A stretch of DNA of 64,000 bases from Octopus vulgaris (taxonomy: Eukaryota), in assembly GCA_951406725.2 (NCBI GenBank), contig OX597814.1, positions 76,012,001 to 76,076,000 of the forward strand. Direction: 5' to 3'. Position numbers and translations under genes: made by a program. This document shows positions 1 to 12,187 of the stretch, one piece after another (positions within the stretch are counted from its first letter, which is position 1; every line of letters starts with the position of its first letter). Under the pieces are notes generated by a model that was given only the letters and a program-made list of their open reading frames with translations, did no database searches and was not told where the DNA came from.

Positions 1-252
1 ACTGAAAGAAGCCCATCGTATATATGTATATATATATGTTTATATGTATGTGTGTGTATATGTTTGTGTGTCTCTGTTTGTCCCCCCAACCGATGCTGGT
101 GTGTTTACATCCCTGTAACTTAGCAGTTCAGCAAAAGAGACCGATAGAATAAGTACTAGGCTTACAAAGAATAAGTCCTGGGGTCGATTTGCTTGACTAA
201 AGGTGGTGCTCCAGCATGGCCCCAGTCAAATGACTGAAACAAGTAAAAGAGT
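1..252 (+). mobile_element. SINE family A, 3' portion
   Basis: Body 'actgaaagaagccc..(tg)n..gatagaataagtactaggcttacaaagaataagtcctggggtcgatttgc..aatgactgaaacaagtaaaaga' recurs at 11930, 21500, 37465 (-) and 48082. Confidence 0.85.
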
Positions 253-269
253 AATATATACACATATTT

Positions 270-490
270 TTTCTTTTATCTTTGCTTTTATTTGCTTCAA
301 TCTGCAGCTATACTGGGACACCACTTTCAAGGGTTTAATTGAACATATAGAACCCAGGACTACTTTTTTAAAGCTTGGTGATTATTCTATTGATCTCTTT
401 TGCCAAATTCCTAAGTTATGGGAACATAAACACACCAATACCAGTTGTCAAGTGGTGATGGGGAGACAAACACAGACACAAAGACACACA
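270..490 (-). mobile_element. SINE family A, degenerate copy, tail-to-tail with the previous one
   Basis: Reverse complement aligns to the family A 3' body. Confidence 0.65.
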
Positions 491-494
491 CCTA

Positions 495-570
495 GATATA
501 TACATACATACATACATACATACATACATACATACATACATACATACATACATACATACATACATACACA
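495..570. repeat. (TACA)n microsatellite
   Basis: Direct reading. Confidence 0.95.
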
Positions 571-1347
571 TGTATTTCGATGTATTTTTCAGAGTTTATG
601 GTTCCAAAACATTGAATCAGCTCAGAATGACCATTGCTGATGACAGCTCCCCATACCATTACAGAGATACCGCCATGTTTCACAGTTGGTTGGAGTTGTT
701 TCAAATCAAATTCTTGATTGGGAAGCCTCCAGACCCAAACATGTCCACTGTCTGAAAATTATGCAAATCTGGATTCATTAGAGAAAATCACTCTATCCCA
801 AAATGAACTGGATTTTTCTGACACCTCCTTAGTCCATTTCTTTCTATTCATGATATTAATTGGTTGAAGGAGAGGTTTTCTTCTAGCTGCTTGTCCATAA
901 TACCCAAGCTTATGCAGATATATAACAGACATTCTTGGACTAACTTCTAGCTGTTTTGCAATGTCAGAAGCCTTCAAATGGGGTTCGTTTTCCGCAATTC
1001 TCTTTAAACAATGAAGCTTCCTTTCTGAGGGCCCAGGTCGGCCGGGACAAAAATCTGTTGATTCTTTTCCTTGGCTTTTGAATTGCACTATAATTCTATG
1101 AACAGTAGCAAGAGGAATTTGAGGATTTTTGGCAATTTTTCACTGGCCAAGACCAGCCTCAGATTGCCCAACAATATGATCTCTTTGAAAATCTGACAGT
1201 GGTGCTGATTTTTTTGTGGGTGGCATGGTTACTCTTCGCAAATGTTTAATATAATGGCACCTGGAATGAAAAAGAATAATTACATTGTAAATTATACACC
1301 ACTGAAAACATATTAAGACGCTTAAATCAGAAATTTCGAAAATTATA
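571..1347 (-). pseudogene. Tc1-family transposase, 5' half (inverted relative to its 3' half)
   Basis: MPPTKKSAPLSDFQRDHIVG..., ARRKPLL..., [26 protein letters not shown] motifs; stops and frameshifts. Confidence 0.9.
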
Positions 1348-1702
1348 TATGTGTGTGTGTGTGCGTGCATGTACATATATGTACCTATGCATATATGTGA
1401 CAAAATCATACAACATAAGTTCCTGATTTATTAGAATCATTTCTGCCTTTAGGAGATGTATCACAATTGCTAAATGGCAATTGAAACTAGCTCCATACAA
1501 TAAGGGCAATTTATTGCAATCAAGACAAATACAAGTATTTGCAACATCTGTATTTGCTTATGTTACTCATATACAAACCCCTGGCCACTGTTTTATTTCT
1601 CATTGCTCAATTTTGTTTAAATTATGCAAATTGCCTACCTATTCTTACCTACCTACCCACATACATATATACATAAACACATACATACATGCATATATAC
1701 AT

Positions 1703-1933
1703 ACATCAGGTGTTTAACCTCTAAGGTGGTGAAACACCTGGTGTCCTCACTTCTAAATGGAACTGAGGGTGAGTTATTGTGCCTGTCTATAAACCTGAGG
1801 TGTTTTAACACCGGGTACTCCGAGAGTGTATATACTCCACCACGCTATTGCAGCCACCAGAAAATACATGAAGCATATACAGTAAGTATATGCAGTTAAT
1901 AATATTTATTATACTAGAGCTGCTTTATTTCAT

Positions 1934-1937
<4 letters not shown>
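1703..1937 (+). mobile_element. Putative Penelope-like terminal fragment with half hammerhead and 5' fold-back
   Basis: GAAACACCTGGTGTC (hammerhead 3' half) at 1731-1745; inverted copy at 1703-1719; ends in (TA)n. Confidence 0.45.
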
Positions 1938-1985
<48 letters not shown>

Positions 1986-2177
1986 GAGTGTATTTTTACC
2001 TTGTTAACAATTAACACGGAAAAAATAAATAAATAGTTACCAGGGCAGCAAAAATCTCACAAGTAAAGGTGTTGTAACTCCTTGTTTATAAAGGCAGAGA
2101 CTTCGTTTTTACGTTGAATATTTTGAATAATATGAATTAAAAAAATGGAGTTAACGCAGGTGTAATCAAATATTTTT

Positions 2178-2263
2178 ACTTTCGACACATGTTTCAAAAA
2201 TTCCACTGATACTATTCAAAAGAATAAATGGTATAAACAATGCAATCTTCTCCTCAGGAAAGT
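2178..2263 (-). ncRNA. Minimal type I hammerhead ribozyme
   Basis: Minus strand reads ACUUUC-CUGAGGA-GAAGAUU...AAUUUUU-GAAAC-AUGU-GUC^GAAAGU; stems I and II pair; core intact; palindromic ACAUGU in stem III. Confidence 0.8.
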
Positions 2264-2464
2264 GAAAAAAACGAAACTCATCAATAAGACATTTTAGCAA
2301 AAAATGATGGATTTGTATAGCGATAGACAGAACGCTATTAATATTGTTTAAAAAAACGTTATATGATATAACGTCATAAGTAGCTAACAGAAAGAGTAGG
2401 GATATTAATAGTGAATGTTAAATATAAAGGAAATTAAAGTTTAAATTATATATAATGATAGAGA

Positions 2465-2848
2465 CTACTTATATGCACTAAATGTATGTTTTTGCCACTG
2501 CTTACATCTGTATGCTCGCTCTATAACCGTGTTTACTAGAGTATTTTTAGAAAAAATAATGAAAAATAGCTCAGAATTGCAGAGAAGACAGAATTTCTTG
2601 CCTTTGTCATATGGTATCGAAATTGAGAGAATCAACCATTCTAAATGAAACTGTTCATTGTGGTCTTTTAAATCCCAAATCAGTTTGCAGAGACCGGTAC
2701 TATTCCGTTTATTTCTATCCCTAAATGTTGAGTAATGGATAGAAATTCTTTTAGATAACTCTAACGATGTGCTTCCAATGTAAAATCGTACTTTATTACT
2801 GATTATACACTGGTATATAGAATTTTTAATCTTATAGTTACTTGACAT
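2465..2848 (-). pseudogene. Penelope GIY-YIG endonuclease C-terminal fragment
   Basis: SIYQC...FYIGSTSLELSKRISIHYSTFR...LCKLIWDLK...FCLLCNSE; no RT upstream. Confidence 0.85.
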
Positions 2849-3070
2849 AAACTTAATTCTATATAGAATTACTGATTATACACTGGTATATATACACTGG
2901 TATATAGAATTTTTAATCTTATAGTTACTTGACATAAACTTAATTCTATTGGAATTGACTTCAAATACAATAACCTTGTTATTAATATTTCTAGAGGGTT
3001 GGATGGTATTAGCTAAATTAATGTTAGTATTAGTAAATGTATTAATATTTAACAGTTTGTTATTATGAGA

Positions 3071-3768
3071 TCATTTTGGGATAGAGTGATTTTCTCTGAT
3101 GAATCCAGATTTGCATAATTTTCAGACAGTGGACATGTTTGGGTTTGGAGGCTTCCCAATCAAGAATTTGATTTGAAACAACTCCAACCAACTGTGAAAC
3201 ATGGCGGTATCTCTGTAATGGTATAGGGAGCTATCACCAGCAATGGTCATTCTGAGCTGATTCAATGTTTTGGAACCATAAACTCTGAAAAATACATCGA
3301 AATACTTAAGCAAGGACTACTCCTGATGTATTCACACGATAACATAATGAAATATGAGTTATTATTCATGGAAGATGGGGCTCCATGCCACACAGTGAAA
3401 AGAAATCAACAATGGCTGACTGAAAATGGAATCAAAAAGTTTCCTTGGTCGAGCCAATCTCCTGACATGAACCTGACTGAAAATCTTTGGAGCATACTAG
3501 ATAGAGCTATACGAAAAACTCGACAGAAACCTAAATCTAAAGATGAACTGTTTTGATTGTTGTGTGAAAAGTAGGCAGAAATTCCACAAGAGACAATCAC
3601 AAAGCTCATCAGTTCAATGCCAAAAAGAGTTTCTGAATTAAAAACTGCAAAGGGAATGTCAACTAAATACTAGTCCTACCTATCGATTACATTTCAATTG
3701 TTTGCTTTGCATATTAAATAAAAGATTTTGAAAATTAAAGGTGTCTATTTACTTCCTGCTTGTCTGTG
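3071..3768 (+). pseudogene. Tc1-family transposase, 3' half, with right end
   Basis: FSDESRF, FMEDGAPCH, WSSQSPDMNLTENLW (DD34E), ...SMPKRV...KGMSTKY*. Confidence 0.9.
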
Positions 3769-3840
3769 TATGTATATATATATATGTATACATGCACACA
3801 CACACACACATATATACACATACATACATATATATATATC

Positions 3841-5105
3841 TTGGGTCATCCCATAAATATTGCAGTTTTTCAATTGCGTGAAAAGTCAGAGAGGGACAGG
3901 ATAGACTACCTGCATCAATTTGCTATAAAAACAGGTAGTAATTTTACTTTGTCCTTATTCTTAATGCAAGTTTTGAAGAGTGCAGTTCCATTTTAACAGT
4001 TATTTTTTCAAAGCTATAATGGAAGTGACAAAGGAGCACATTCAGCATATTTTGCTTTATGCATTCAATAAAGGCAACAATGCAATGGAAATTGTGAGGA
4101 ATATTAATGCAGTATATGGAGATCAGACAATAGGTGTAAGCCAGTGTCAACAGTGGTTCCAGAAATTCCCAGCCAGAAACTACAGCCTAGAAGATGAGCT
4201 TCACCTTGGAAGATCTGTAGAGCTCAATGAGGACGTCCTGCAAGCTCTGGTGAAACAAAATCCCATTGTAACTGTTGAAGAACTAGCAGAGAAGCTTGGA
4301 TTTAATCTTTCAACCATTCATCAACACCTGTGTGCCATCAGAAAAGTCAACAAATTGGGTCAATGAGTTCCTCGCAAACTTTCCAAGTCTAATCACACAC
4401 AAACAGTGAATATATGCTCTTCTTTGCTGTCACATCTCACAAATGACCTGTTTTTGGACCAAATAGTGACTGGTGATGAGAAATGGGTTCTCTATAAAAA
4501 TGTCAAGTGCCGAAGACAGTGGGTAGGAAAAGGTGAAACACCAATACCCTAAACTAAAGAAGGTCTTTATTCACATAAGGTGTTGTTATCTGTTTAGTGG
4601 GATATGAAAGGATTAGCCCACTTTGAACTTTTAAACCCAAACCAGACAATAACAAAGGTGATCTACTGTGAGCAGCTTGAGCAACTTAAGTCAGCACTAG
4701 AAGAAAAATGATCATCTTTGTTTTCAAGATGAAAGGTGTTAATGCTCAGCCATATACAGTGAGGATGACATTCCAAAGGCTGGAGCAGTTTGAATGGGAA
4801 ACAATGCTCCACCTACCATATTTGCCAGACATTACCCTATCTGTTTATCATTTATTATGCAGTCTTCAAAATCATTTGGATGGAAAATGTGAATTCTGTA
4901 GATGAGATCAGAACAGTACTGGAGGAGTATTTTTCATCATGGACAAGTGAATTTTGGAAGAGGGGTCTTGCAAATCTACCAGAGAGATGGAAGAGCATTG
5001 TAGAAAATGAAAGAGAGTATATTTTAGATTAAAAAAGAACTTTGTTTATCTTAATTTTAAAAAATAAAAGTATAAATAAACTGCATTATATATGAGATGA
5101 CCCAA
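3841..5105 (+). mobile_element. Near full-length mariner (DD34D-type) element with a defective transposase (4019-5031)
   Basis: TIRs ttgggtcatcccataaatattgcagttt / aaactgcattatatatgagatgacccaa + TA; MEVTKEHIQHILLY, IVTGDEKWV, HLPYLPDITLSVYHL (YSPDLAPSDY-like); several stops. Confidence 0.92.
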
Positions 5106-5365
5106 TACACACACACATACACACACACACACACACACACATGCACACACACATATCATTATCATCATAGTCATCATCATGATGTTAGCATCTATTTCTC
5201 AATGTTTACATGAGTTAGATGAATTTGATGAAGCATATTATCTATGCATATGTTCTTCCTATCACTAAAACTCATCAATTTCCAAGCAAGGTGGAAATTA
5301 ATCATGATGACTGAATATGTTTTCATGAAATAGTGTCAATAATGCTTTTTCCCATTTATATATTA

Positions 5366-5640
5366 TCATCATCATCCTCAACAACATTTAACATTTGTTT
5401 TCCATACTGGTACGGGTTGGACAGCTAAACAAGAACTGGCAAGGCTAGGGGCTGCACCAGGCTTCATAGTTAGTTTTGGCTTGATTTCTACAGCTGGTTT
5501 CCCTTCCAAATGTAAACCACTTTACAGAGTGTACTGGATACTTTTTTACGTAGCACTATCATGTGTGCTTTTTACATGGCACCAACACCAGTGCTTTTTA
5601 TGTGGCACCTTAGTTTTAAGATCTCCTTTCTGTTGTGGTG
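5366..5640 (-). mobile_element. RTE LINE 3' UTR fragment (old)
   Basis: Diverged match to the (cat)n-tttaacgtccg..ccatgctagcatgggttggac terminus. Confidence 0.6.
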
Positions 5641-6104
5641 GGAGGGTTTTGTATATGTGTGTGCATACATACACACACACACATGCACACACACATATAT
5701 TTAAAACTTTATGGTCTTCTTTCTGTTTCTATCCATCAAATCCTTTCAGAGTTTGTGGTTGGCCTGGCACTATAATCGTACAAGACATTGTACAGCACAG
5801 AGTGACACACAGTGTAACTGAAATTGACACCATGCAATTACACTCTTCTCAACAGCACAGTTAGTTTGTATTAACATCTTTGTTAATGCAATCAGAAAAA
5901 ATGGTATTCCATATGCAAGGTAATATATAAAGTAATAATAAGAGCAATAGAAAAACTGGGTTTTCAGCAAGTGTTTACTCTGAGTTTCATGTTTCTGCTT
6001 TTCAGAACATTTCAGGTGGAAAGTCATTTTGAAAAGCAGAAATTAAAAACTCAGAGTATATGACCATTGAAGACCTAGTTCTGCTGTTGTAACTAAAGAA
6101 GCTT

Positions 6105-6330
6105 CATGAAGCCAAGTGAAATTGTAGTCTAGGCCGTTGCCGATGCTGGTGGCATATAATAAGTATCCATTACACTCTTGGGCTGGTAGGCATCAGGAAG
6201 GGCATCCAGACATAGAAATCATGCCAAACCAGACTGGAACCTGGTGGTGTCCTCCGGCTTACCAGTTCCAGTCAAACCATCTAAACTATGCCAGCATGGA
6301 AAGCAGATGTTAAATGATAATGATGAGGAT
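6105..6330 (+). mobile_element. RTE LINE 3' UTR fragment
   Basis: aggaagggcatccag...ccagcatggaaagcagatgttaaatgat tail. Confidence 0.65.
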
Positions 6331-6717
6331 AATACAAACACACACACACACAATATACATAGTACGTTGATAGGGTGTCCTCATGAAGCACATCTGCATA
6401 TTCCAGTACACCAAAATCGTATGTAGTTGTTATATTTGTGTGAGGAAAAATGTTTAGCGTTATATGTTTCCAATTTGTGCAAGACAGAAGATTGGAAACA
6501 TTTTTGATATTATTTATTTCCCATCTCACTTATTTCCTTTACTAATAGGAGTTACAAAAGTGTACATCTAGAAGAAATATGTAAGATATCTCCTATTTGA
6601 AATTCTTCAGATAGAGAATCAAAAGGATACAAAATTTACATTTGGATGAAGTTTTAATTTATAATCAGTAATAATCAGGAGACTTATATAGGATCCCTGA
6701 TTATATATATATGAGTG

Positions 6718-6766
<49 letters not shown>

Positions 6767-6770
6767 ATAT

Positions 6771-8474
6771 CATCATCATCATCGTTTAACGTCCGTTCTC
6801 CATGCTAGCATGGGTTGGACGGTTCAACCGGGGATCTGGGAAGCCAGAAGGCTGCCCCAGGCTCTGGTCTTATCTGGCAATGTTTCTACAGCTGGATGCC
6901 CTTCCTAACGCCAACCACTCCGTGAGTGTAGTGGGTGCTTTTTACATGCCAACTGCACTGGAGCCAGGCAAGGCTGGCATCGGCCACGGTCGGATTGGTG
7001 CATTTTACGTGCCACCTGCACAGAAGCCAGTCGAGGCGGCACTGGCTTCGGCCATGATTCAGATGGTGCTTTTTACGTGCCACCGACACGGAAGCCAGTT
7101 GAGGCGGCGCTGGCATCAGCCACGATGCGGATAGTGCTTTTTACGTATCTCCAGTCCAGGGGTCCTGGTATCAATTTCGATTCCGATTTCGATTTCGATT
7201 TCACTTGCCCCAACAGGTCTTCGCAAGCAAAGGGAGGTAGGCATAGGTGCCTGTCGTCGGATGAGGTTCGATATCGATTTCGCTTGCCTCAACAGGTCTT
7301 TGTGTGTCCAAGGGAGGAAAGGCATGCATAAGTGGGCTGGACTCACTTGTCCTGCCTGGTTTTTTCACACACAGCATATTTCCAAAGGTCTCGGTCGCAG
7401 GTCATTTCCTCAGTGAGACCTAAAGTTCAAAGGTTATGCTTCACCACCTCGTCCCAAGTTTTCCTGGGTCTACCTCTTCCATGGGTTCCCTCCACTGCTA
7501 GGGATTGGCACTTTTTCACATGCCTATCTTCATCCATTCTCGCCACATGACCATACCAGCGCAATCGTCTCTCTTGCACACCACAACTGATGCTCCTTAA
7601 GTCCAACATTTCTCTCAGGGTACTAACGCTCTGTCGAGCATGCACACTGACATTACACATCCATCGGAGCATACTGGCTTCATTTCTCGCGAGCTTACAC
7701 ATGTCCTCAGCAGTCACAACCCATGTTTCACTGCCATGTAGCATGGCTGTTCGTACACATGCATCATACAGTCTGCCTTTTACTCTGAGCGAGAGGCCTT
7801 TAGTCACCAGCAGAGGTAAGAGCTCTCTAAACTTTGCCCAGGCTATTCTTACTCTAGCCGTTACACTTTCAGCACACCCACCCCCACTACTGACTTGGTC
7901 ACCAAGATAACGGAAGCTATCAACTACTTCTAGTTTTAACCCCTGGAAAGTGACGGAAGTTGTTTTCTGCAGATTTTCAGAGGTTAATGCTCCCGAGCAT
8001 CTGCCACACACAAAAACTATCTTCCTAGTTAGCCTTCTTTGATATTGCTGCACCTCTTATGTGTCCATAGCTTACACTGGGTACATCTTATAGAGTTTCT
8101 ACCTACACCTTTTCTACAGATCAAGCAGGGCCATCTTCCTGAAGACATTTGTGGATTGTCTACCTTCCTACTTATTAGTACTTTGGTTTTAGCTAGGTTG
8201 ACTCTAAGGCCCCTCGATTCTAGACCCTCCTTCCACACCTGGAACTTCTCCTCCAGTTCTGTTAGTGACTCAGCAATTAGAGCAAGGTCGTCAGTATATA
8301 GGAGCTCCCAGGGGCATCCTGTCTTGAATTCCTCCGTTATTGCCTGGAGGACTATGATAAATAGGAGGGGACTGAGGACTGAACCTTGGTGGACCCCAAC
8401 CTCTACCCAGAATTCTTCACTGTACTCATTGCCAACCCTCACCTTACTAGCAGCGTCTCTGTACATGGCTCGCA
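6771..8474 (-). mobile_element. RTE-clade LINE, 5'-truncated (RT C-terminal half + 3' UTR + (GAT)n tail)
   Basis: GVHQGSVLSPLLF, LLYTDD, FRYLG, LHGSETW, RRLRWYGHV, GRGRPRKTW in ORFs 8029-8505 and 7427-8053; frameshift near 8040. Confidence 0.95.
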
Positions 8475-8480
8475 CATATA

Positions 8481-9010
8481 TCATCATCATCATCATCATC
8501 ATCATTTAACGTCCGCTTTCCATGCTAGCATGGGTTGGACGGTTCAACTGGGGTCTGGGGAGCCCGAAGGCTGCACCAGGCCAGTCAGATCTGGCAGTGT
8601 TTCTACAGCTGGATGCCCTTCCTAACGCCAACCACTCCGAGAGTGTAGTGGGTGATTTTATGTGCCACCGACACAGGTGCCAGACGAGGCTGGCGAACGG
8701 CCACGCTCGGATGGTGTTTTTTATGTGCCACCGACACAGGTGCCAGACGAGGCTGGCAGACGGCCACGCTCGGATGGTGTTTTTATGTGCTACCGACACA
8801 GGTGCCAGATGAGGCTGGCGAATGGCCACGATCGGATGGTGTTTGTTACGTGCCCACAGCATGGAGGCCAGTTGATGCGGTACTGGCTACGGCCACGTTC
8901 AGATGGTTTTCTTGTGTGCCACCGGCACTGGTACCACAAAGATACAAATTCCATTGATGTTCATCTATTTTGATTTGTTTTGATTTTGATTTTGATTTTG
9001 ATTTTGATTT
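8481..9010 (-). mobile_element. RTE LINE 3' UTR copy at the 5' junction of the previous element
   Basis: (cat)n tail and UTR closely similar to 6771-7200, with ~60-bp internal repeats. Confidence 0.9.
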
Positions 9011-9236
9011 TTATATATATACATACACATACATATATGTGAATGAAGAAATAAAAAATAGAAGCACTCAATAGAATTAGTAGAAGTTACATGTATTATT
9101 ATTTAAAACAGTTTGATTCAGCTCCATATGACATAAAGTTTCATGGGCTTCTAACAGGAACCATTCCATAATCTAAGCCTGAAAGAGATGGGCATCTGTT
9201 AGAGGCCTACAAAACTCTAGCTGAATCAAAATAATA

Positions 9237-9245
9237 ATGATGACA

Positions 9246-9322
<77 letters not shown>

Positions 9323-9341
9323 AATAATAATAATAATGATG
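9237..9341. repeat. (GAT)n/(AAT)n microsatellite
   Basis: Direct reading. Confidence 0.95.
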
Positions 9342-10156
9342 ATATATATATACACACCTACACTCACTCATTTATATAAATACATGCATACACTCACATA
9401 TATACTTGTCAATATATATATATGCACATAAGAACATTTGTAGAGGTGTATGTATGCATAAGTGTAAGTGTGAATATGTATGCATATGTGTAAATATTTT
9501 ACTATAACAAAAGAATATCTTCTCTTCCTAAATTAGATTTAAGCAAGAGTATCTCAAATCAACATTAGAAAATATTTGCTGTAAGAAAATAACGATTATT
9601 ATTACTGTTGTTGTTGCTTTATTTATTTCGTTTTTCATTTATTTCTTTTTTCTTTTTTTTTAGGCAATATTTTTTCTTTCAAAAGTGTCCACGTATATTA
9701 TTTTTGTTTTTACATTTATAAAAAAAAAATGGAATATCATCAAAGAACATGATTCCAACAGGAAATTAAAGATTTCATTTGATGAAATGGAGCAAACAAA
9801 ACAGTTTGAAAGGAAATAAACAGAGAGCATTGGGGATCAACTAATGACACTTGGAATTGAGATTTCTTTGTCCTACTGGTTTATATAGCAATTGTACATA
9901 TTTTCCTGAACTGGTACTGAGCTAGTGAATTGATAGATGGAATGTGGTGTGGGAGATAAATGTTTATGTAGGGATATGTGGATGAATAGATACATATGTC
10001 TATGTGTATGTGCACATGTATGTGTGCATATATGCACATACATCCATATACATGTATGCATATCTATATGTATGCATATCTGTATATGCATACACACATG
10101 TGTATGTATATATGTATGCATATGTCTATGCATATATAGATGTTCATATAACCATA

Positions 10157-11050
10157 TAAGGTGTCCCCAAAAAAGTTAACAGCTGATTTTCATTTCACTT
10201 TAGAATTAAGCTATTAGAAATAATCTTTTCTATTCTAGGCACAAGGCCCAAAATTTTGGGAGAGGGGACCAGTCAATTAGATCAACCCCAGTGCACAACT
10301 GGTACTTAGTTCATCGACCCTGAAAGGATGAAAGGCAAAGTTGACCTTGGAGGAATTTGAACTCAGAGTGTAAAGACAGACGAAATACCGTTAAGCATTT
10401 CACCTAGCGTGCTAATGTTTCTGCCAGCTCGCTGCCTTAAGTCATTAGAAATACTGAAAGAAACCAAACCAAGCTGTGAATAAAGGAAATTTTCCCTAAA
10501 GTGCTAAAGTGCTACTAGAAGTGTGAAAATGTCTTTGAAGTGCAAAGACAGTTTAAGTGGGAGTTTGAAACATATCCACCTATGCAACTCACCATCATTT
10601 GAATAAGTAATAAGTTTGAAGCAGATGAAAGTGTTCATAATGTCCACAAGAAATGTTCTTGAAGCCCCACAAAGCAAGAAAGGGTACTATGAATCAAGAG
10701 TCCATTACATTTTGAAGCACTGTCATTGGAAAATTTACATTGCAAGAATCGTCTATGCTCTCAGTGAAGATGATCCAAACTGAAGAATGGAATGGTGTGA
10801 GTGGTACTTGGCAAGATGTGTAGAAGATGCACCACCATCCAACAAAGATTGTTTGAAGTAATAAGGCTACTTTTAAATTTGATGGCTTGATTAATTGCCA
10901 CAATTGCACCTACTGGGAACCTGAGAACCCACATATAATGGAAGAATATATTAATTTACCAGAAGTTACAGTGTAAGTGTGGCATATCTTCAAAAGGATT
11001 AAGTGAACCATTCTTTTTTATGGTATTGTGACTGGTTCCATTTGCTTGAG
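10157..11050 (+). pseudogene. Tc1/mariner-superfamily transposase with DUF4817-type HTH, degenerate, interrupted by a SINE
   Basis: Manual translation gives ..ENVFEVQRQFK.EFETYPP..., KFEADESVHNVHK, ALSEDDPN.R, ..[24 protein letters not shown].. Confidence 0.7.
10223..10436 (-). mobile_element. SINE family B (Meta-domain-like core) with 17-bp TSD
   Basis: Core 'gtcaactttgcctttcatcctttcagggtcgat..aagtacc' on minus; flanks ttaagctattagaaata (10206-10222) / ttaagtcattagaaata (10437-10453). Confidence 0.88.
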
Positions 11051-11621
11051 CCTGCTTTGACAATCTGTCATGTCGAAGATTGGTTATTTCTAGTAGAGTC
11101 TCCCTCTTTGGTTTGCCAACAGCTGTTGCTTAACTTCAGTTTAGTCCTGATTAAGCAACTGAATTGTGTTCTAGTTGTAACCATCTAATTTTCCCCTTTT
11201 TTGGCTGACACAGTGTACATCTATGTTTACATTATCCAATGCATCTGTCCTGTTTTTATGTGTATAATATGAAGAAAGTTTGGTTGCTATTTCTAGCAAG
11301 TTGAGCAACTGTATAGAATTCATGAGTACTAGTTATCTACCACTTGCTGATCTGTCACACATTCCTATGTCAAGCCAGACATCAATCTCAAAAAGTCTCT
11401 TCTACTACTGCTGCTGCTGCTGCTGCTATTTAATGTGTGTGTATGTAATTTAGGTTACTGCTGTGTAGATCAGTTCTGACTGAGCAGCCCTATAAGTGAA
11501 GGCATTCCAGTCTGCAGTGTCTGGTCCAGTGTCAGCCCCTCTTTTAAAGCATCTTAATATGTAATTTAGGGTAGGTTTGGTTACTGTGTCTAGCAAAGTG
11601 AAATACTGTTGTTTGTTTGTG

Positions 11622-11669
<48 letters not shown>

Positions 11670-11929
11670 TACCTGGAAATAAATGGTTACAGGTGCAATG
11701 GAAAGAGGAAGTCTGTTATGATGTCAGTTGTGATAGTTTTCTATAAGTAGTAAATAACTTCTGCTAAATTAAAATTAAAACTTTTAACCCAGGTGATGTA
11801 TTATCATTACTAGGGCTAGAGGTAGTGGTCTGAGGGCTAGATTAAGGTATCAATTGACTTAAAGCAATTCAGAGAAATATAGGTTTACTTATCATTGATG
11901 AGATAGTAAGCAGATAATATACATAAGCA

Positions 11930-12102
11930 CAGAGGCATAGCTGTGTGATAAGAAGTTTGTTTCTCAACCACATCGTTCCGGGTTCAGTCCCACTGTGTGG
12001 CACCTTGGACAAGTGCCTTCAACTATAGCTTCTGGCTGACTGAAGCCTTGTGACCAGATGTGGCAGAAAAAAACCTAAAAGAAGTCAGTCATACGTGTGT
12101 GT

Positions 12103-12187
<85 letters not shown>

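Larger units (their letters stand above)
1979..3070 (-). mobile_element. Penelope-like element, 5'-truncated, inserted at (TA)n
   Basis: GIY-YIG ORF plus a downstream AT-rich terminal region carrying a hammerhead; abuts (TA)n at ~1938-1978. Confidence 0.85.

Noticed and set aside
203-640. Many short ORFs rich in HT/YI/CV/M runs across the window (e.g. 203, 9237, 20690, 37595, 50637, 56627)
   Set aside because: They are translations of microsatellites and SINEs, not genes.
8039-8509. Antisense ORFs over RTE copies (also 7590, 14845, 59521, 60521)
   Set aside because: Shadows of the RT frame on the opposite strand.
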